DNA of 64,000 nucleotides, from the IMG/VR virus record IMGVR_UViG_3300042013_000103; one strand, 5' to 3'. Under the pieces are notes generated by a model. That model searched no databases, was not told where the DNA came from, and worked only from the letters and a program-made list of their open reading frames with translations. Shown piece after piece: positions 18,731 through 28,993 of this stretch. This DNA comes from a virus (lineage: Duplodnaviria; Caudoviricetes). The first letter of the stretch is position 1. Each line of letters opens with the position of its first letter. The position numbers and the translations under genes were made by a program.

Positions 18731-21052
18731 GACACTGTAACGCTCAAGCGTCATTATATCGGTGCCCACCGCCAACTGACCAGTGATGGTCACCGAAGCT
18801 GTCTGAGCCGTGTCAATGGCCGAGGTGTACGGTGCGTTAGCGTTAGTACCCCCTTGCGCTTGGTTGCTTGCCGCTTCACCCAGTTGACTATTGGCGACCC
18901 CACGGTTTTGCAGTTTCTTGACAAACGCCGCCGAGGCAGTCGCAGTAGCGGTGGTCGAGAAGAAGGCACCTCCTCCCAACCGATAACGCATTGTCTTGGT
19001 GTTTGCGCTGTTGCTGTAGCTGAACACCGCCTCCACTTCGAGGATGCCATTAAGGCCCATCAGGCCAGGCGGGATCGCCACGGTGACGAACGTGTACTCC
19101 GTGGTGATCGTACCCGGGTGTGGTCGTGCTACCGCGCTGGTTTCCAGCACGATGGTCTTGGGCTCCGCACCGTAACTGCGTGCCAACTCGACCCACACCG
19201 CACCGTCAAACTGGAGGGTCAGTGTTGCCTTCGCATTCTTTGGCGTAAAATCACGTCCATCCTGCAAATAGATGCTGCCGTTACTGGCAATGGTGGTCAG
19301 GTTGTTGGAGAACGAAAGCCGCAGGACTTGTTTGGTCTTACCCCCCAGGATGTTGGTCACCGTCAATGGAGTCTGGTTGTTGAAGTTCATGTTATCGATC
19401 GAGTCTGACGCCCACGCACCACCCATGGAAATGCTTGGCGTGGTTTGACCCGCGTTGCTGAGGTAACCCCCGGCTGCATAGCGGGAGAACTGTTCGATCG
19501 CCGCATCGTTGAACTGCACCAAGGGATTCTGGTTAAATACCGCATCAGTGCATTCGAACTTTTGAATAGCAGGGGCCGGACCGTACGAACAGAAACCCGT
19601 ACCGGAGGTAGCGCCGTAGGTGCGAACCGTACGGATCAACGGACGGATAATGTGCAGGTTGGTCACCAGTTCCGCGTTATACGCCAGACCGTTGCCCATT
19701 GTGTTGAAGGTCATCCCCTCGATGGTGATGCAGTCACCGTCCTGGATGTGAATGGCGTAGCTGTCGTAAGACCCATCTTCAACCAAACCAGATCCAGTGA
19801 TGTAGTTCTGCGAGAACTTAACATTGCGCACTATATCCGTAGATAACAGACCTGGTTCATATTCACGGCTAATTTTGATGGCGTTTCTCTGACAGCCTTC
19901 AAATTGCTGTCCGATAGAAGCGAAAGAAATAACGCCGCCATCCAACCACAAACCATGTTGGTCAGCCAGCGAGGTTTGCCCGCCAATGAAGACCAGTGGA
20001 CCAAACGTCCCTTGTACGGCTCCGCGGCGACCAATACGAATACCATAACCCATTTTGTAACAATCGACGTTGGTGTAACACTTCATGTTCGTCTGACCAA
20101 ACGTCCCGTCGGTGGTGATATCCAGGCCGACCCCTGTCCACGTGCCGTCACCCGTTGCACCGCCACGGATCAATCCGTTGATGTGTGTGGTTTCCCAGGT
20201 GGTCGACTCGACGATGCCATTACCCGCAGGGTTCTGCACTTTAACCGTGTAGTTCTGCAGGAAAATGCTGCCCTGGGACCCCTGCAGGCGCAGAACGTCC
20301 GAAGTCGATGTACCACCCACGAGGTTGAAGTTCATCAGAGAGAAGTAACCGCCCATGCCGGACGGGTTCTCAATGGAGAACAACCCCTTGAGTTCCACCA
20401 GTGGGGTGGTTGACCCATTGACGTGGACAAAAGCCGTACCGGGTTCTTCCAGTGCCCCTGTCGCGTGGCCGTTGCCGTGGCCTAAAATACTGACACGGCC
20501 GGAACGACCTGGCCAATTAGGGTTGAGCGCCGCATCGTAATACAAACGCAGGGTATCGGTTAAGTACTTACGACCAGCCATAGGGCGCAGGATCGAACCT
20601 TTGCGGTTGCAGAAACACAAGGCCGCCTGCAAGGCTGTGGTATTCACCGTCCCTTGCTTAGTGTCCCAGCTATAGTTGCCCACCGCCCCGAAATATTCCG
20701 GGCGCACTTCATCCGTCAACACCCGCTTCCAGCGACCCGCCCCCGCGTTACCCGGTGGATTGACCACCATGCATCCGTCGTGGACTTCGTTACTGTTACC
20801 CTCCCAGTACCAATCCCCTTCACCCCCGTCGCCGACGGTGTAGAAACCACCGACGTAAACGACCACGGTCCGTCCTGCTGCCACCACCGGAATCGGCAAT
20901 AACAAGAGGGACGCCATGTTCATCAAGGAAACCTTGGCCGAGGCCAGGTTGACCCCAGACGGACTCCCGATTTCCCCAGCCCCGTCGCTGGTACTCAACT
21001 TAAACAGGTTGGGGGCTATTTTTGCTAACTTAGTGAGCAGACCGACGCCCAT
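18716..21052 (-). CDS. tailspike/depolymerase, predicted beta-helix plus C-terminal beta-sandwich domains (class-B N-terminus)
   Basis: Start MGVGLLTKLAK after GGAGG. GFYTVGDGGEGDWYW...DGCMVVNP...GRWKR...PEYFGAVG is a typical tailspike head motif. Confidence 0.8.
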   Translation of the reverse strand: MGVGLLTKLAKIAPNLFKLSTSDGAGEIGSPSGVNLASAKVSLMNMASLLLLPIPVVAAGRTVVVYVGGFYTVGDGGEGDWYWEGNSNEVHDGCMVVNPPGNAGAGRWKRVLTDEVRPEYFGAVGNYSWDTKQGTVNTTALQAALCFCNRKGSILRPMAGRKYLTDTLRLYYDAALNPNWPGRSGRVSILGHGNGHATGALEEPGTAFVHVNGSTTPLVELKGLFSIENPSGMGGYFSLMNFNLVGGTSTSDVLRLQGSQGSIFLQNYTVKVQNPAGNGIVESTTWETTHINGLIRGGATGDGTWTGVGLDITTDGTFGQTNMKCYTNVDCYKMGYGIRIGRRGAVQGTFGPLVFIGGQTSLADQHGLWLDGGVISFASIGQQFEGCQRNAIKISREYEPGLLSTDIVRNVKFSQNYITGSGLVEDGSYDSYAIHIQDGDCITIEGMTFNTMGNGLAYNAELVTNLHIIRPLIRTVRTYGATSGTGFCSYGPAPAIQKFECTDAVFNQNPLVQFNDAAIEQFSRYAAGGYLSNAGQTTPSISMGGAWASDSIDNMNFNNQTPLTVTNILGGKTKQVLRLSFSNNLTTIASNGSIYLQDGRDFTPKNAKATLTLQFDGAVWVELARSYGAEPKTIVLETSAVARPHPGTITTEYTFVTVAIPPGLMGLNGILEVEAVFSYSNSANTKTMRYRLGGGAFFSTTATATASAAFVKKLQNRGVANSQLGEAASNQAQGGTNANAPYTSAIDTAQTASVTITGQLAVGTDIMTLERYSVRVIV

Positions 21053-21135
21053 ACACACCTCCAAAGTAAAGGGCCCTTATCCAGAGCCCTAGGTAATCAT
21101 TAACTGGCAACAAACCAAGGTTCCGTCCTCTACAC

Positions 21136-23631
21136 TCACATTACGTGCAGGTCACCTAAGGTGCTCGTGAAAAAGTTCCACGTGGCGTCCGGGTTAGTCG
21201 AGCCGATGGGCGTGGCCTTCAATTGATTGCTGTTGTCGATCGACCACGTGAATGACGGGAATGTAGGGCCCCCGCCCGTCAGCAACCCTGCTGCGCTCAC
21301 CTGAACCAACTGCGGCGCTAATGTGGTTGCTCCTTTGGCCACCTGAAGGATGTAGTGCGCGGTCTCTGAAGCATTCGCATCCACTTGTTTCACGGTGATA
21401 AATAGAACACCCGAGAAATTCGTAGCTGTCCCGTCCTGTGATACACATGTACCCACCACGTTACCGGACGTCGTCAGGTTCTTGGAAATCGTCTGAGCGG
21501 CGCTGTCGATCCGCTTCGACGAGTAGTCCCGTTTCATGGTGCTATTCTCGTCATGATTCCCGACACCGATGACAAAGTCGAAAGGGATACCGTTCGGCAC
21601 GTTGACCGTGTTGTAGCGGGCCCGCGCTCCTTTCGATCCTTCCGAGTCAGCAGAAATGGATATTCCGAGTACGTTCGCTACCCCTGACTTCACATAACAG
21701 CCTTCAACCAAGGCTTTGCCTTTATGTACCCGAACACCATACCCGTTGAACTGAAGGCACGTTACATCACGGATTTCCACATCCGGGAGCAGTTCAAGCC
21801 CCCCTGTAGGGGAGATGTCCCCAGTGGCGTCGGAGACGTTATTTAAAAAAGCACTGGTTACCATGACGCCAGCATTCTTGCTGCCGATGGCCGAGCAGTC
21901 TGAAATGACTGAGTTCTGCGCACCATACACAGAGAACGAGTGCGAACCAGAGGTCAGATTTCGTTCCACCACGTCCACATTACTGACGGTGATTTGTTCG
22001 TGATACCCGCCGGATGCTGCCGCAATGATCACAACCCCAGTCGCCGATCCAGCGACCGGCACATCGCCAACATTAATGGTGGATGGAAGCACTTTGATGT
22101 TTCTGGCGATGCCGCACTTGTAAAGACGGTGCGTGCCAGAAAAAGCACCAATAACCTTGGAGATGCCAGCCAGCGCATCCTCTTGGGTCTCGGCGAGTTT
22201 GATGGTGTCAGCATCAATCACGATGGCAAAATAGTAGTTAGCCCTACCAAAGCCACTGATAGCCGTATTGTTCTGCCGGGAGTAAATCAGCGGATAACCA
22301 GTGGTCAGTCCATGAGCTGTGAGAGTGAGTGCATCAGCGGCCGAGGTGGTGAAATCCCATTTACCTAAGGTGTAAGGTTCAATGCCCAGTACTTCCCGCA
22401 TGGTGTCTCTTGAAAACACCTGCATGCTTCCGTTATCAACGTTGCCATATTGCAGTGCAAAGTTCCCGCCCTTTTCACACACCAGCTTAGAGAAGCAGTT
22501 GGTCGAAGGTCGATTGTACGGGTAGAACGCACTCACCCCTAACGCGCCGCCCAGTGCCGTACCATCCGAAATGATCTTAAGATCAATAAAAAGTCCGTCT
22601 ACGTTATCAATCAAAATGCCATGTTCCGCGTGAGTGCCAATCCTCGCGATGGTGAATCCCTTAAGAACGATGTTGCTTAGGCGCCCCCCAGTAAACGGGC
22701 TGGCTATGAACAATTTTCCTGAAGATGAGAACTTACAATGGATTTCTGGGGAGTAACTATCATCGCCCAAAATGTCCATGGAGGACCATGCGCGGATAGT
22801 TTCGGTGATTAGATATTTCTTGTTCTTACCCAGCAGTATTGGAACCCCAGCCGCTTTAGCGAGAAGGAACGCGCCAGTGCAGTCTGTACCGGTTTGAGTG
22901 ACCGGATCATAGTCGCCAACAGCACCGAACAGCTCGATTGGTCGCCGAACGCCAGCAAGAACCGAATAGACCGTGGCTGGCGTTCCACCCTCTAACGGGA
23001 ACCCTACTTCCTCCGCTCCATTTGGTGACGTCAGGGTTTGACGCAGGGTGATGTCTTCGGCTTGTATCAACTTACCTTGGTCTGTTGCCCACGTGCCGGT
23101 AGTAAAGGGCAGGGCGGCGCGCACGGGACGGTAGTTGACATCCAGATACCGCACCACTTGGGTGGACCGCACCAGTTCGATGCCGGCAGAATAGGGAACT
23201 TCAGCTTCCAGCCCCAGCGACTCCAGGTAAGACAGATAGTCTTGAGTGCGTTTCTCTTTCTCGGCATCAAACAACGTGTCCAGTTGTTCGAACAGGTGAT
23301 CGTAGCGCGCATTCGTGATGACACGCATTTGCTGCCCATCGGCGTAGATTTCCGGGGTCACCAAGGTAAACTTGTGCATGGTGTCCACGGTAAAAGCGTA
23401 TTCAATCGCACCCTCCACCCACAATACCATTCCCGCAGTGGTGACCGAGGGGTCACCCGAGATGACACCGACGTCGTACTGGGTTTGACCCTGCACGAAG
23501 GTAAATGGGTAGGCGGCATTGACCTTGAGCTTGGCGGTGGCGACGGTTAGGACGTCACTGGCCATTTGGGTGAGTTCGGCGGTGCTAGCGGCAAGCTCGG
23601 TGATTTCCTGCGCCAGTTGTTCATAGGACAT
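21136..23631 (-). CDS. tailspike/depolymerase, predicted beta-helix (class-A N-terminus)
   Basis: MSYEQLAQ; DITLRQTL...GAEEVGF...IELFGAVGD...DCTGAF junction followed by beta-helix coils. Confidence 0.8.
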   Translation of the reverse strand: MSYEQLAQEITELAASTAELTQMASDVLTVATAKLKVNAAYPFTFVQGQTQYDVGVISGDPSVTTAGMVLWVEGAIEYAFTVDTMHKFTLVTPEIYADGQQMRVITNARYDHLFEQLDTLFDAEKEKRTQDYLSYLESLGLEAEVPYSAGIELVRSTQVVRYLDVNYRPVRAALPFTTGTWATDQGKLIQAEDITLRQTLTSPNGAEEVGFPLEGGTPATVYSVLAGVRRPIELFGAVGDYDPVTQTGTDCTGAFLLAKAAGVPILLGKNKKYLITETIRAWSSMDILGDDSYSPEIHCKFSSSGKLFIASPFTGGRLSNIVLKGFTIARIGTHAEHGILIDNVDGLFIDLKIISDGTALGGALGVSAFYPYNRPSTNCFSKLVCEKGGNFALQYGNVDNGSMQVFSRDTMREVLGIEPYTLGKWDFTTSAADALTLTAHGLTTGYPLIYSRQNNTAISGFGRANYYFAIVIDADTIKLAETQEDALAGISKVIGAFSGTHRLYKCGIARNIKVLPSTINVGDVPVAGSATGVVIIAAASGGYHEQITVSNVDVVERNLTSGSHSFSVYGAQNSVISDCSAIGSKNAGVMVTSAFLNNVSDATGDISPTGGLELLPDVEIRDVTCLQFNGYGVRVHKGKALVEGCYVKSGVANVLGISISADSEGSKGARARYNTVNVPNGIPFDFVIGVGNHDENSTMKRDYSSKRIDSAAQTISKNLTTSGNVVGTCVSQDGTATNFSGVLFITVKQVDANASETAHYILQVAKGATTLAPQLVQVSAAGLLTGGGPTFPSFTWSIDNSNQLKATPIGSTNPDATWNFFTSTLGDLHVM

Positions 23632-23652
23632 AATGCCTCCGTGTTAGCAAGG

Positions 23653-23677
23653 TAAAGCCCCCGTCACAGGGGGCTTA
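23653..23677 (-). terminator. hairpin between spike genes
   Basis: TAAAGCCCCC-GTCACA-GGGGGCTTA. Confidence 0.55.
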
Positions 23678-23685
23678 GGTAACGA

Positions 23686-26319
23686 TTAACAAGCAAGCCA
23701 GAGCGCGCCGTCCCACACCAGGTTCAAGGCGGTTTGTGCTGCGATCGCCCGACTGGCTGTGAGGTTAGTGGTGCCCCCCGCGGGCATGGTCAGCACCGCC
23801 GTCCCGGCATTGATGATAGTCATGCGTTGCCCGGCGTGTTTACCGCCGTCCGGCGTAGCCAGGGTGTAGGGCCCGCCCGAGAGTTTCAGGGTGATGTCAC
23901 CGTACAAGGTACCGGTCGCAACGAATTGTCCTGATGCGGTCAACACTCGTGCGATGAAGTTGCTGGTGGTGCCGAGTTGACTGTTGATGTACCGGTAGGC
24001 AATCGAGGTCTGGCCACTCTTGGTCCCTTCGGTATGCCGATCCACTTCCACTTTACGGAAGGTGACCTTAAACGCATCATCAATCAACTGCCCTTCACAG
24101 ATTGCCTGTGAGGTTACCTCAGCCGGTGCCCCGATGATGCGCATATCGGCGATGTCAATGTCGGTGAACGCACTGGTGATCGACCAGCACCGCACGTTGG
24201 TCAAGGTTGGACTGACCTGCGACAAGTCAAAGGTAACAGTCCCGGTTGCGCGGCCACGACCGAACGCCAAGCCTTTGGAGTAATCCCCAGCCTCAGGTGG
24301 CATGATAAAGGTAGGGTTTTCCAGGATCAAATGATCGATCCACAACAGGTTCGATTGAGTGATAGAACTAAACTTACCACCTTTAATGGTCACCTTGTCG
24401 ATGGTACGGCCCGCAGCCCCTGAGTTGATGACCGCTTGTGAGGTCACTCCTCGTGCTTCGCAGTTGATCAACGTTACGTTGCTCGTCTCGTTGGCGTAGG
24501 TGGAAATGAACGAGAACCCCACCCGCGTTTGAGCCGCAATACAACCGTTGAACACGCCATTACGCCCGCGCATTTGGAAACCGGCACCACTGCTTTGTGG
24601 ACCCCGAACCCCTGCATGCGCCGTGCAGTTGTGGAACTCAATGGAATCCGCCAGTTCGTGCGCATCAAACGGAGCGTTGGTGCAACCCATGCCAGTGCAG
24701 TCGCTGACTTTAGTAGCATAGGTCCGACCATAGCGGTGGGTGTCCGCACTGCCTGCGACTGGAACCCGGCTGGTGCCCGTGGTGTAGCCGTGACGACAAC
24801 CCATGAAGTGGGACGCCGTGACCGCACCAAACGCACATGACTTGTCCGAGATGCCGTAGCCGTACCGAAATGTCGCTGGATCGTTGATCAACCGACGAAC
24901 CATGATCCCTTTGGCCTTGTAGCGGAAGATGCTCTGCAGGTTCATGAAAATGCCGTAACCAAATTCCGCGGTCAGGTTTTCAAACTCACAGTTCTGTCCG
25001 TTCACCACCTGCAACAGGTCGGTGTTCCAACCCGCTGCGTTCCCTGTGGCTAAGGTATCGAAGGTAAACCCATACAACCCGATCATGTCGTCAACTTGCC
25101 GACGTGCCCGTACATTGAGGGTGTAGGGATCGCGCAACAGGTGCGTGATGTACACGTCATTGCCCACCACAGCGCCCACGAAGCCAAACTCGCCGGCCCG
25201 TTGCTCAGTGTTGGCCGAACCGAACAACACGTCGTCCGCTACCACTTTGATCACATCGCCGGTGACCCACGTAGGCGTTGTCTCAAAGGACAACTTGGTG
25301 CAGCTGGTGGCCGCATCTTCGCCACTGAAGTCGTACGACGAGGGCTCGGTGGCCACCACCGGGATGATGTCGTCCAAACGACCTTTCAACGTAATGGTTG
25401 GGGCATTCGCAATCTGCAGAAACGTAACGTCACCGCCCGCGTACATCCGCAAGGCCCCGATCCGGGTCGCCCCAGAAGAACGGTAGATCCCTGGGGTGAA
25501 CAACAGTTCCTCGCCCAACGGAACGTCGGTGAACGCTTTGGCGATGGCCGGGGTCCAGTCCCAGGTGTTAGGGTCATTCGCGTCCGGACGGTCCACCACA
25601 GCATCCGAGAATTCCCAGATGTTGTACGGTTGTGCCGACAGCATTTTGCTGACGGTGCTCATGGCCGTGGCCAAGGAACTGCGGGAGAACCCTAAGACCT
25701 CGGATCCTTGGGCCGAATAAAGGAACTGACGCAAGGTGATATCTTCGGCCTGCACCAACTTACCCTGATCACCGGCCCAGGTCGTGGTAGTGAACGGCAA
25801 GGCTGTCCGCAACGGGCGGTAGTTCACTTCTTGGTACCGCACCACTTGGGTTGTCCGCACCAGGCTGATCCCAGCGGCGTAAGGCACCTCGGCCTCCAGG
25901 CCCATTGCCTCTAAGTAGTTCAGGTAATCCTGAGTGCGTTTGGTTTTCTCGACCGTGTACAGGTTGTCGAGTTGTTCAAACATGTGGTCATAGCGGGCGT
26001 TGACTATGATGCGCATCTGTTGGCCGTCAGCATACAGCTCCGGCGTCACCAGGGTAAACTTGTGCATGGTGTCAACAGTGAACGCGTATTCAATTGCGCC
26101 TTCAACCCACAGGGATAAGCCGACCGTAGTGACTGAGGGATCGCCAGAGATCACCCCGACGTCGTACTGGTCTTGTCCAGCCACGAAAGTGAACGGGTAG
26201 GAGGCGTTCACTTTGATCATGGCCGACGCCGCAGTCATGGTCGCTTTGGCTTGTTCGGTTAATTCATCATTACTGGTGGCCAGGTCCGTTACCGCCTGAG
26301 CCAATTGTGCGTACGACAT
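23686..26319 (-). CDS. tailspike/depolymerase, predicted beta-helix (class-A N-terminus)
   Basis: MSYAQLAQ; first ~200 aa nearly identical to the 831-aa spike; TWDWTPAI module; RH/GTS-containing coils; C-terminal LVWDGALW. Confidence 0.8.
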   Translation of the reverse strand: MSYAQLAQAVTDLATSNDELTEQAKATMTAASAMIKVNASYPFTFVAGQDQYDVGVISGDPSVTTVGLSLWVEGAIEYAFTVDTMHKFTLVTPELYADGQQMRIIVNARYDHMFEQLDNLYTVEKTKRTQDYLNYLEAMGLEAEVPYAAGISLVRTTQVVRYQEVNYRPLRTALPFTTTTWAGDQGKLVQAEDITLRQFLYSAQGSEVLGFSRSSLATAMSTVSKMLSAQPYNIWEFSDAVVDRPDANDPNTWDWTPAIAKAFTDVPLGEELLFTPGIYRSSGATRIGALRMYAGGDVTFLQIANAPTITLKGRLDDIIPVVATEPSSYDFSGEDAATSCTKLSFETTPTWVTGDVIKVVADDVLFGSANTEQRAGEFGFVGAVVGNDVYITHLLRDPYTLNVRARRQVDDMIGLYGFTFDTLATGNAAGWNTDLLQVVNGQNCEFENLTAEFGYGIFMNLQSIFRYKAKGIMVRRLINDPATFRYGYGISDKSCAFGAVTASHFMGCRHGYTTGTSRVPVAGSADTHRYGRTYATKVSDCTGMGCTNAPFDAHELADSIEFHNCTAHAGVRGPQSSGAGFQMRGRNGVFNGCIAAQTRVGFSFISTYANETSNVTLINCEARGVTSQAVINSGAAGRTIDKVTIKGGKFSSITQSNLLWIDHLILENPTFIMPPEAGDYSKGLAFGRGRATGTVTFDLSQVSPTLTNVRCWSITSAFTDIDIADMRIIGAPAEVTSQAICEGQLIDDAFKVTFRKVEVDRHTEGTKSGQTSIAYRYINSQLGTTSNFIARVLTASGQFVATGTLYGDITLKLSGGPYTLATPDGGKHAGQRMTIINAGTAVLTMPAGGTTNLTASRAIAAQTALNLVWDGALWLAC

Positions 26320-26359
26320 GAAACCTCCGAGGTTTTCAGTTGGCGTCGGCAGAACTTAA

Positions 26360-28210
26360 TTAAGTCAAGTTCGCCATGGCTCTAAAGGTAGCACCGGCCC
26401 CGGCCAGACCAGGTGTTGTGCACACCCACCCCATTGGGTTGTTGAGCGTGGCGCCGGGTTGCCAAACCCGAGTACCCAGTGTGTAGTAGAACCCGTTTGC
26501 CGGGATCACGGTGGAGTAGTGTTCGGTACAGCTGACCATTACCCACTCGGCAGGGGATGCCCCGATCTGGAAAACCCGTAGCAGGGTGATCGCCCCGTAT
26601 TGCGGAACGGTGATGTTGCCCAACCCGTTCAACGAAATGTTCCCGGTGTTGCCGATTGTGATGTTCCCCGTGAGAGGGCGAATAGTCACCGTTTCCCCAG
26701 GGGCTGCGGTGGCCGCGATGTCGGTCAGCTTGATCGATTGATCCGCGGCTGGATTGACCACCACGTACCGGTGGGCTTTAAAATCCAACATGGTCCCGTC
26801 GATGAGCAGTGTCTTGTTAGACGCGGCTTTGTACTTACCAACGGTGTTCCCCGAAGGCATGCCTTTTAGGTTCATGCCTAAGATGGCGTTGAAGTCCACC
26901 GCGGGGTCGAGGTAGTTATCGACGATGCCCTGGGTTTCGTTGGTACCGTCGAACGACAGGTAAGCGTTGCCACTGAGGCTGTACAGGTAACCCTGAGTGA
27001 CGGTCGGTAGGAACCGCGTACCGTCGGCAGCGTTAGGGCAATGGTTCTTCTGCGCATGCACCCTAGCGTTAGCGGCCAAGGTAAACAATTTCCCGATGCC
27101 TTCAAACCAGCATTCTTGAGCGAAGATGGCCCGAACGTTCCGTGCGTACATCCCATACTGGGCCTTCTGCATGGAAAATTGACTGCCAAACGTCACGTTG
27201 ATCGGGGCCAACACCGCCGTGGCCTGCCCGGGGGTGTGCGTTGGGTCTTCGCCTTGACCGCTGGCCGCATCGGCCATGGTTGCTGGGTCCGGGTCCCAAT
27301 CCAACGTAATGCAGCGCCAGGCCGTCACACCATCTCGTCCTTCAGCACTGCCACCCCGGAAGTCGATCTGTCCATGTTGCCCGGTCATGCGCAAGGCTTC
27401 GCCACCCTCAGGGACTTGAAAGAACACCTTGTCGAACGTCAGGAACTGGATCGGGCGTTTGTAGTTACTGTTGGTGTAGCCGCCACGCGTCCAACCACCC
27501 TTATTAAAGTTGGAGAACCGTACATCGCGACATTCCGAGAACCACCACCCGCCATGAAAATACGCTTCGTCCCATTGGGCTTTGGCGTACAGGCCCCATT
27601 GATCAGGGTTGAGTGTCGGTTGAGCATGCCCCGGGATAACACTGCCTTGGAAGTGAATGCCCACGATGTGAGACGACGACACCGCTCCGCGTTCGATCTC
27701 CACCATGCCATACGGCACCGTGGAAGTCCGTGGCAACGCTGTGATGTACGTGCAACTCGACCCGTCACCGAGATCGCTCACCGAATGCAACTTGGTGAAC
27801 ACGGTGTGCGGATACGTGCCGGACGGGTATTTCACCCAACCACCGCCCTTGGATTTTACGTAGGCTGTGGCCGCGTTTCGAGCGGGGGTCCAATCCCACG
27901 TACTGGGTGACACCCCCGGTTTGTCGGTGATGCGGTCCGCGTATTCCCAGATGTTCACGGTGAGGCCCGACAACATGAGGCTAACGTTGGTGATGGTTTC
28001 GGCCAGGACCGTACGCTCGAAGCCCAGTTTCTCAGCCCCATCGGGATTAGTCAGTTCAGAGATGGCCGTAGATACCGCCACCTCTGCAGCCTGTTGCGCC
28101 TGGTCGCGGGCTTCAAACACCTCGTTCTTAGCCTGTATAACCGTGTTCTTTAAATCGTTATTGATGACGCCCAATGCGTCAATAGATGCCGCTAGTTGAT
28201 CGTACGACAT
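26360..28210 (-). CDS. tailspike/depolymerase, predicted beta-helix (class-A N-terminus)
   Basis: MSYDQLAA; LGFER..L..NIWE..TWDWTPA module; GGGWVKYPSGTY entry into the beta-helix. Confidence 0.8.
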   Translation of the reverse strand: MSYDQLAASIDALGVINNDLKNTVIQAKNEVFEARDQAQQAAEVAVSTAISELTNPDGAEKLGFERTVLAETITNVSLMLSGLTVNIWEYADRITDKPGVSPSTWDWTPARNAATAYVKSKGGGWVKYPSGTYPHTVFTKLHSVSDLGDGSSCTYITALPRTSTVPYGMVEIERGAVSSSHIVGIHFQGSVIPGHAQPTLNPDQWGLYAKAQWDEAYFHGGWWFSECRDVRFSNFNKGGWTRGGYTNSNYKRPIQFLTFDKVFFQVPEGGEALRMTGQHGQIDFRGGSAEGRDGVTAWRCITLDWDPDPATMADAASGQGEDPTHTPGQATAVLAPINVTFGSQFSMQKAQYGMYARNVRAIFAQECWFEGIGKLFTLAANARVHAQKNHCPNAADGTRFLPTVTQGYLYSLSGNAYLSFDGTNETQGIVDNYLDPAVDFNAILGMNLKGMPSGNTVGKYKAASNKTLLIDGTMLDFKAHRYVVVNPAADQSIKLTDIAATAAPGETVTIRPLTGNITIGNTGNISLNGLGNITVPQYGAITLLRVFQIGASPAEWVMVSCTEHYSTVIPANGFYYTLGTRVWQPGATLNNPMGWVCTTPGLAGAGATFRAMANLT

Positions 28211-28225
28211 AATGCCTCCACGGCT

Positions 28226-28987
28226 TCAAAAAGCGGTGATTCCGTAATTATCAGCTAACAGTTCGCTCAGGTAGGCCATGTTTTCATCAACTTGTGCCTG
28301 CGTAAGTATTACGTTTTGAAGGGCTACTAGCCCAACGTTCGACGTGCCGGTCTCAACCGATGGGGATGACCCGATCCGCAGTGTATCGCCGGTGTATACA
28401 GTCCTTGAAACCGATGCTGACGGGGCGGTCCATGTGGTTGTTCCGTTCTTGCGCCAGCCGGTCTTAGCTACACCGGTGGAATCGGTGATGGCTGCGAAAC
28501 CATTCCAAGCATCGGCTGCGCCGGCTACTGACAGCGCTGCGGCTTGGCCAGAGGTGGCCAAGGTCCTGTCGAATCGGTTGAGCAAGAGGTTTGGTTCTTC
28601 CCAGGTGAATGCATCACCCCGGTAGTTGCCACCAGTGTATCGTCTATTACTAACCAAAACCGATCGATCGGCACTCGCCGCCGCTAAGGATGGCTTGGCG
28701 ATTACCGTCCAAGTACGATCCGCGCCGGTCGTAATACCGGTATCGAAATAGTTAGCCGCGCTAAGGGTTGCTCCGAAGGCACCCATAACCGGAGCACCCG
28801 CAGCCACCAGCGGCTTGGTGCTATCTGCGAAATTTCGGAGTGATGCGCTGGCGCTTCCCCCTAGCAGATATAATCCAACGAGGCCCGCAGGATTCGGCAG
28901 GCTGATGTCAAGAAAACTCAGCAGGTTAGGGTGATTCCCTGGAAGAACCACTGCATCACCAAGCTTTAAATAATTTGAAATTGCCAT
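28226..28987 (-). CDS. concanavalin-A/LamG-like lectin-fold protein, partner of the SGNH spike
   Basis: Beta-rich with S..N..D...PL...G.P, YFDTG, LRIG and L...Q...N..Y pattern; starts 7 bp after the SGNH spike stop. Confidence 0.6.
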   Translation of the reverse strand: MAISNYLKLGDAVVLPGNHPNLLSFLDISLPNPAGLVGLYLLGGSASASLRNFADSTKPLVAAGAPVMGAFGATLSAANYFDTGITTGADRTWTVIAKPSLAAASADRSVLVSNRRYTGGNYRGDAFTWEEPNLLLNRFDRTLATSGQAAALSVAGAADAWNGFAAITDSTGVAKTGWRKNGTTTWTAPSASVSRTVYTGDTLRIGSSPSVETGTSNVGLVALQNVILTQAQVDENMAYLSELLADNYGITAF

Positions 28988-28993
28988 GTAAGT

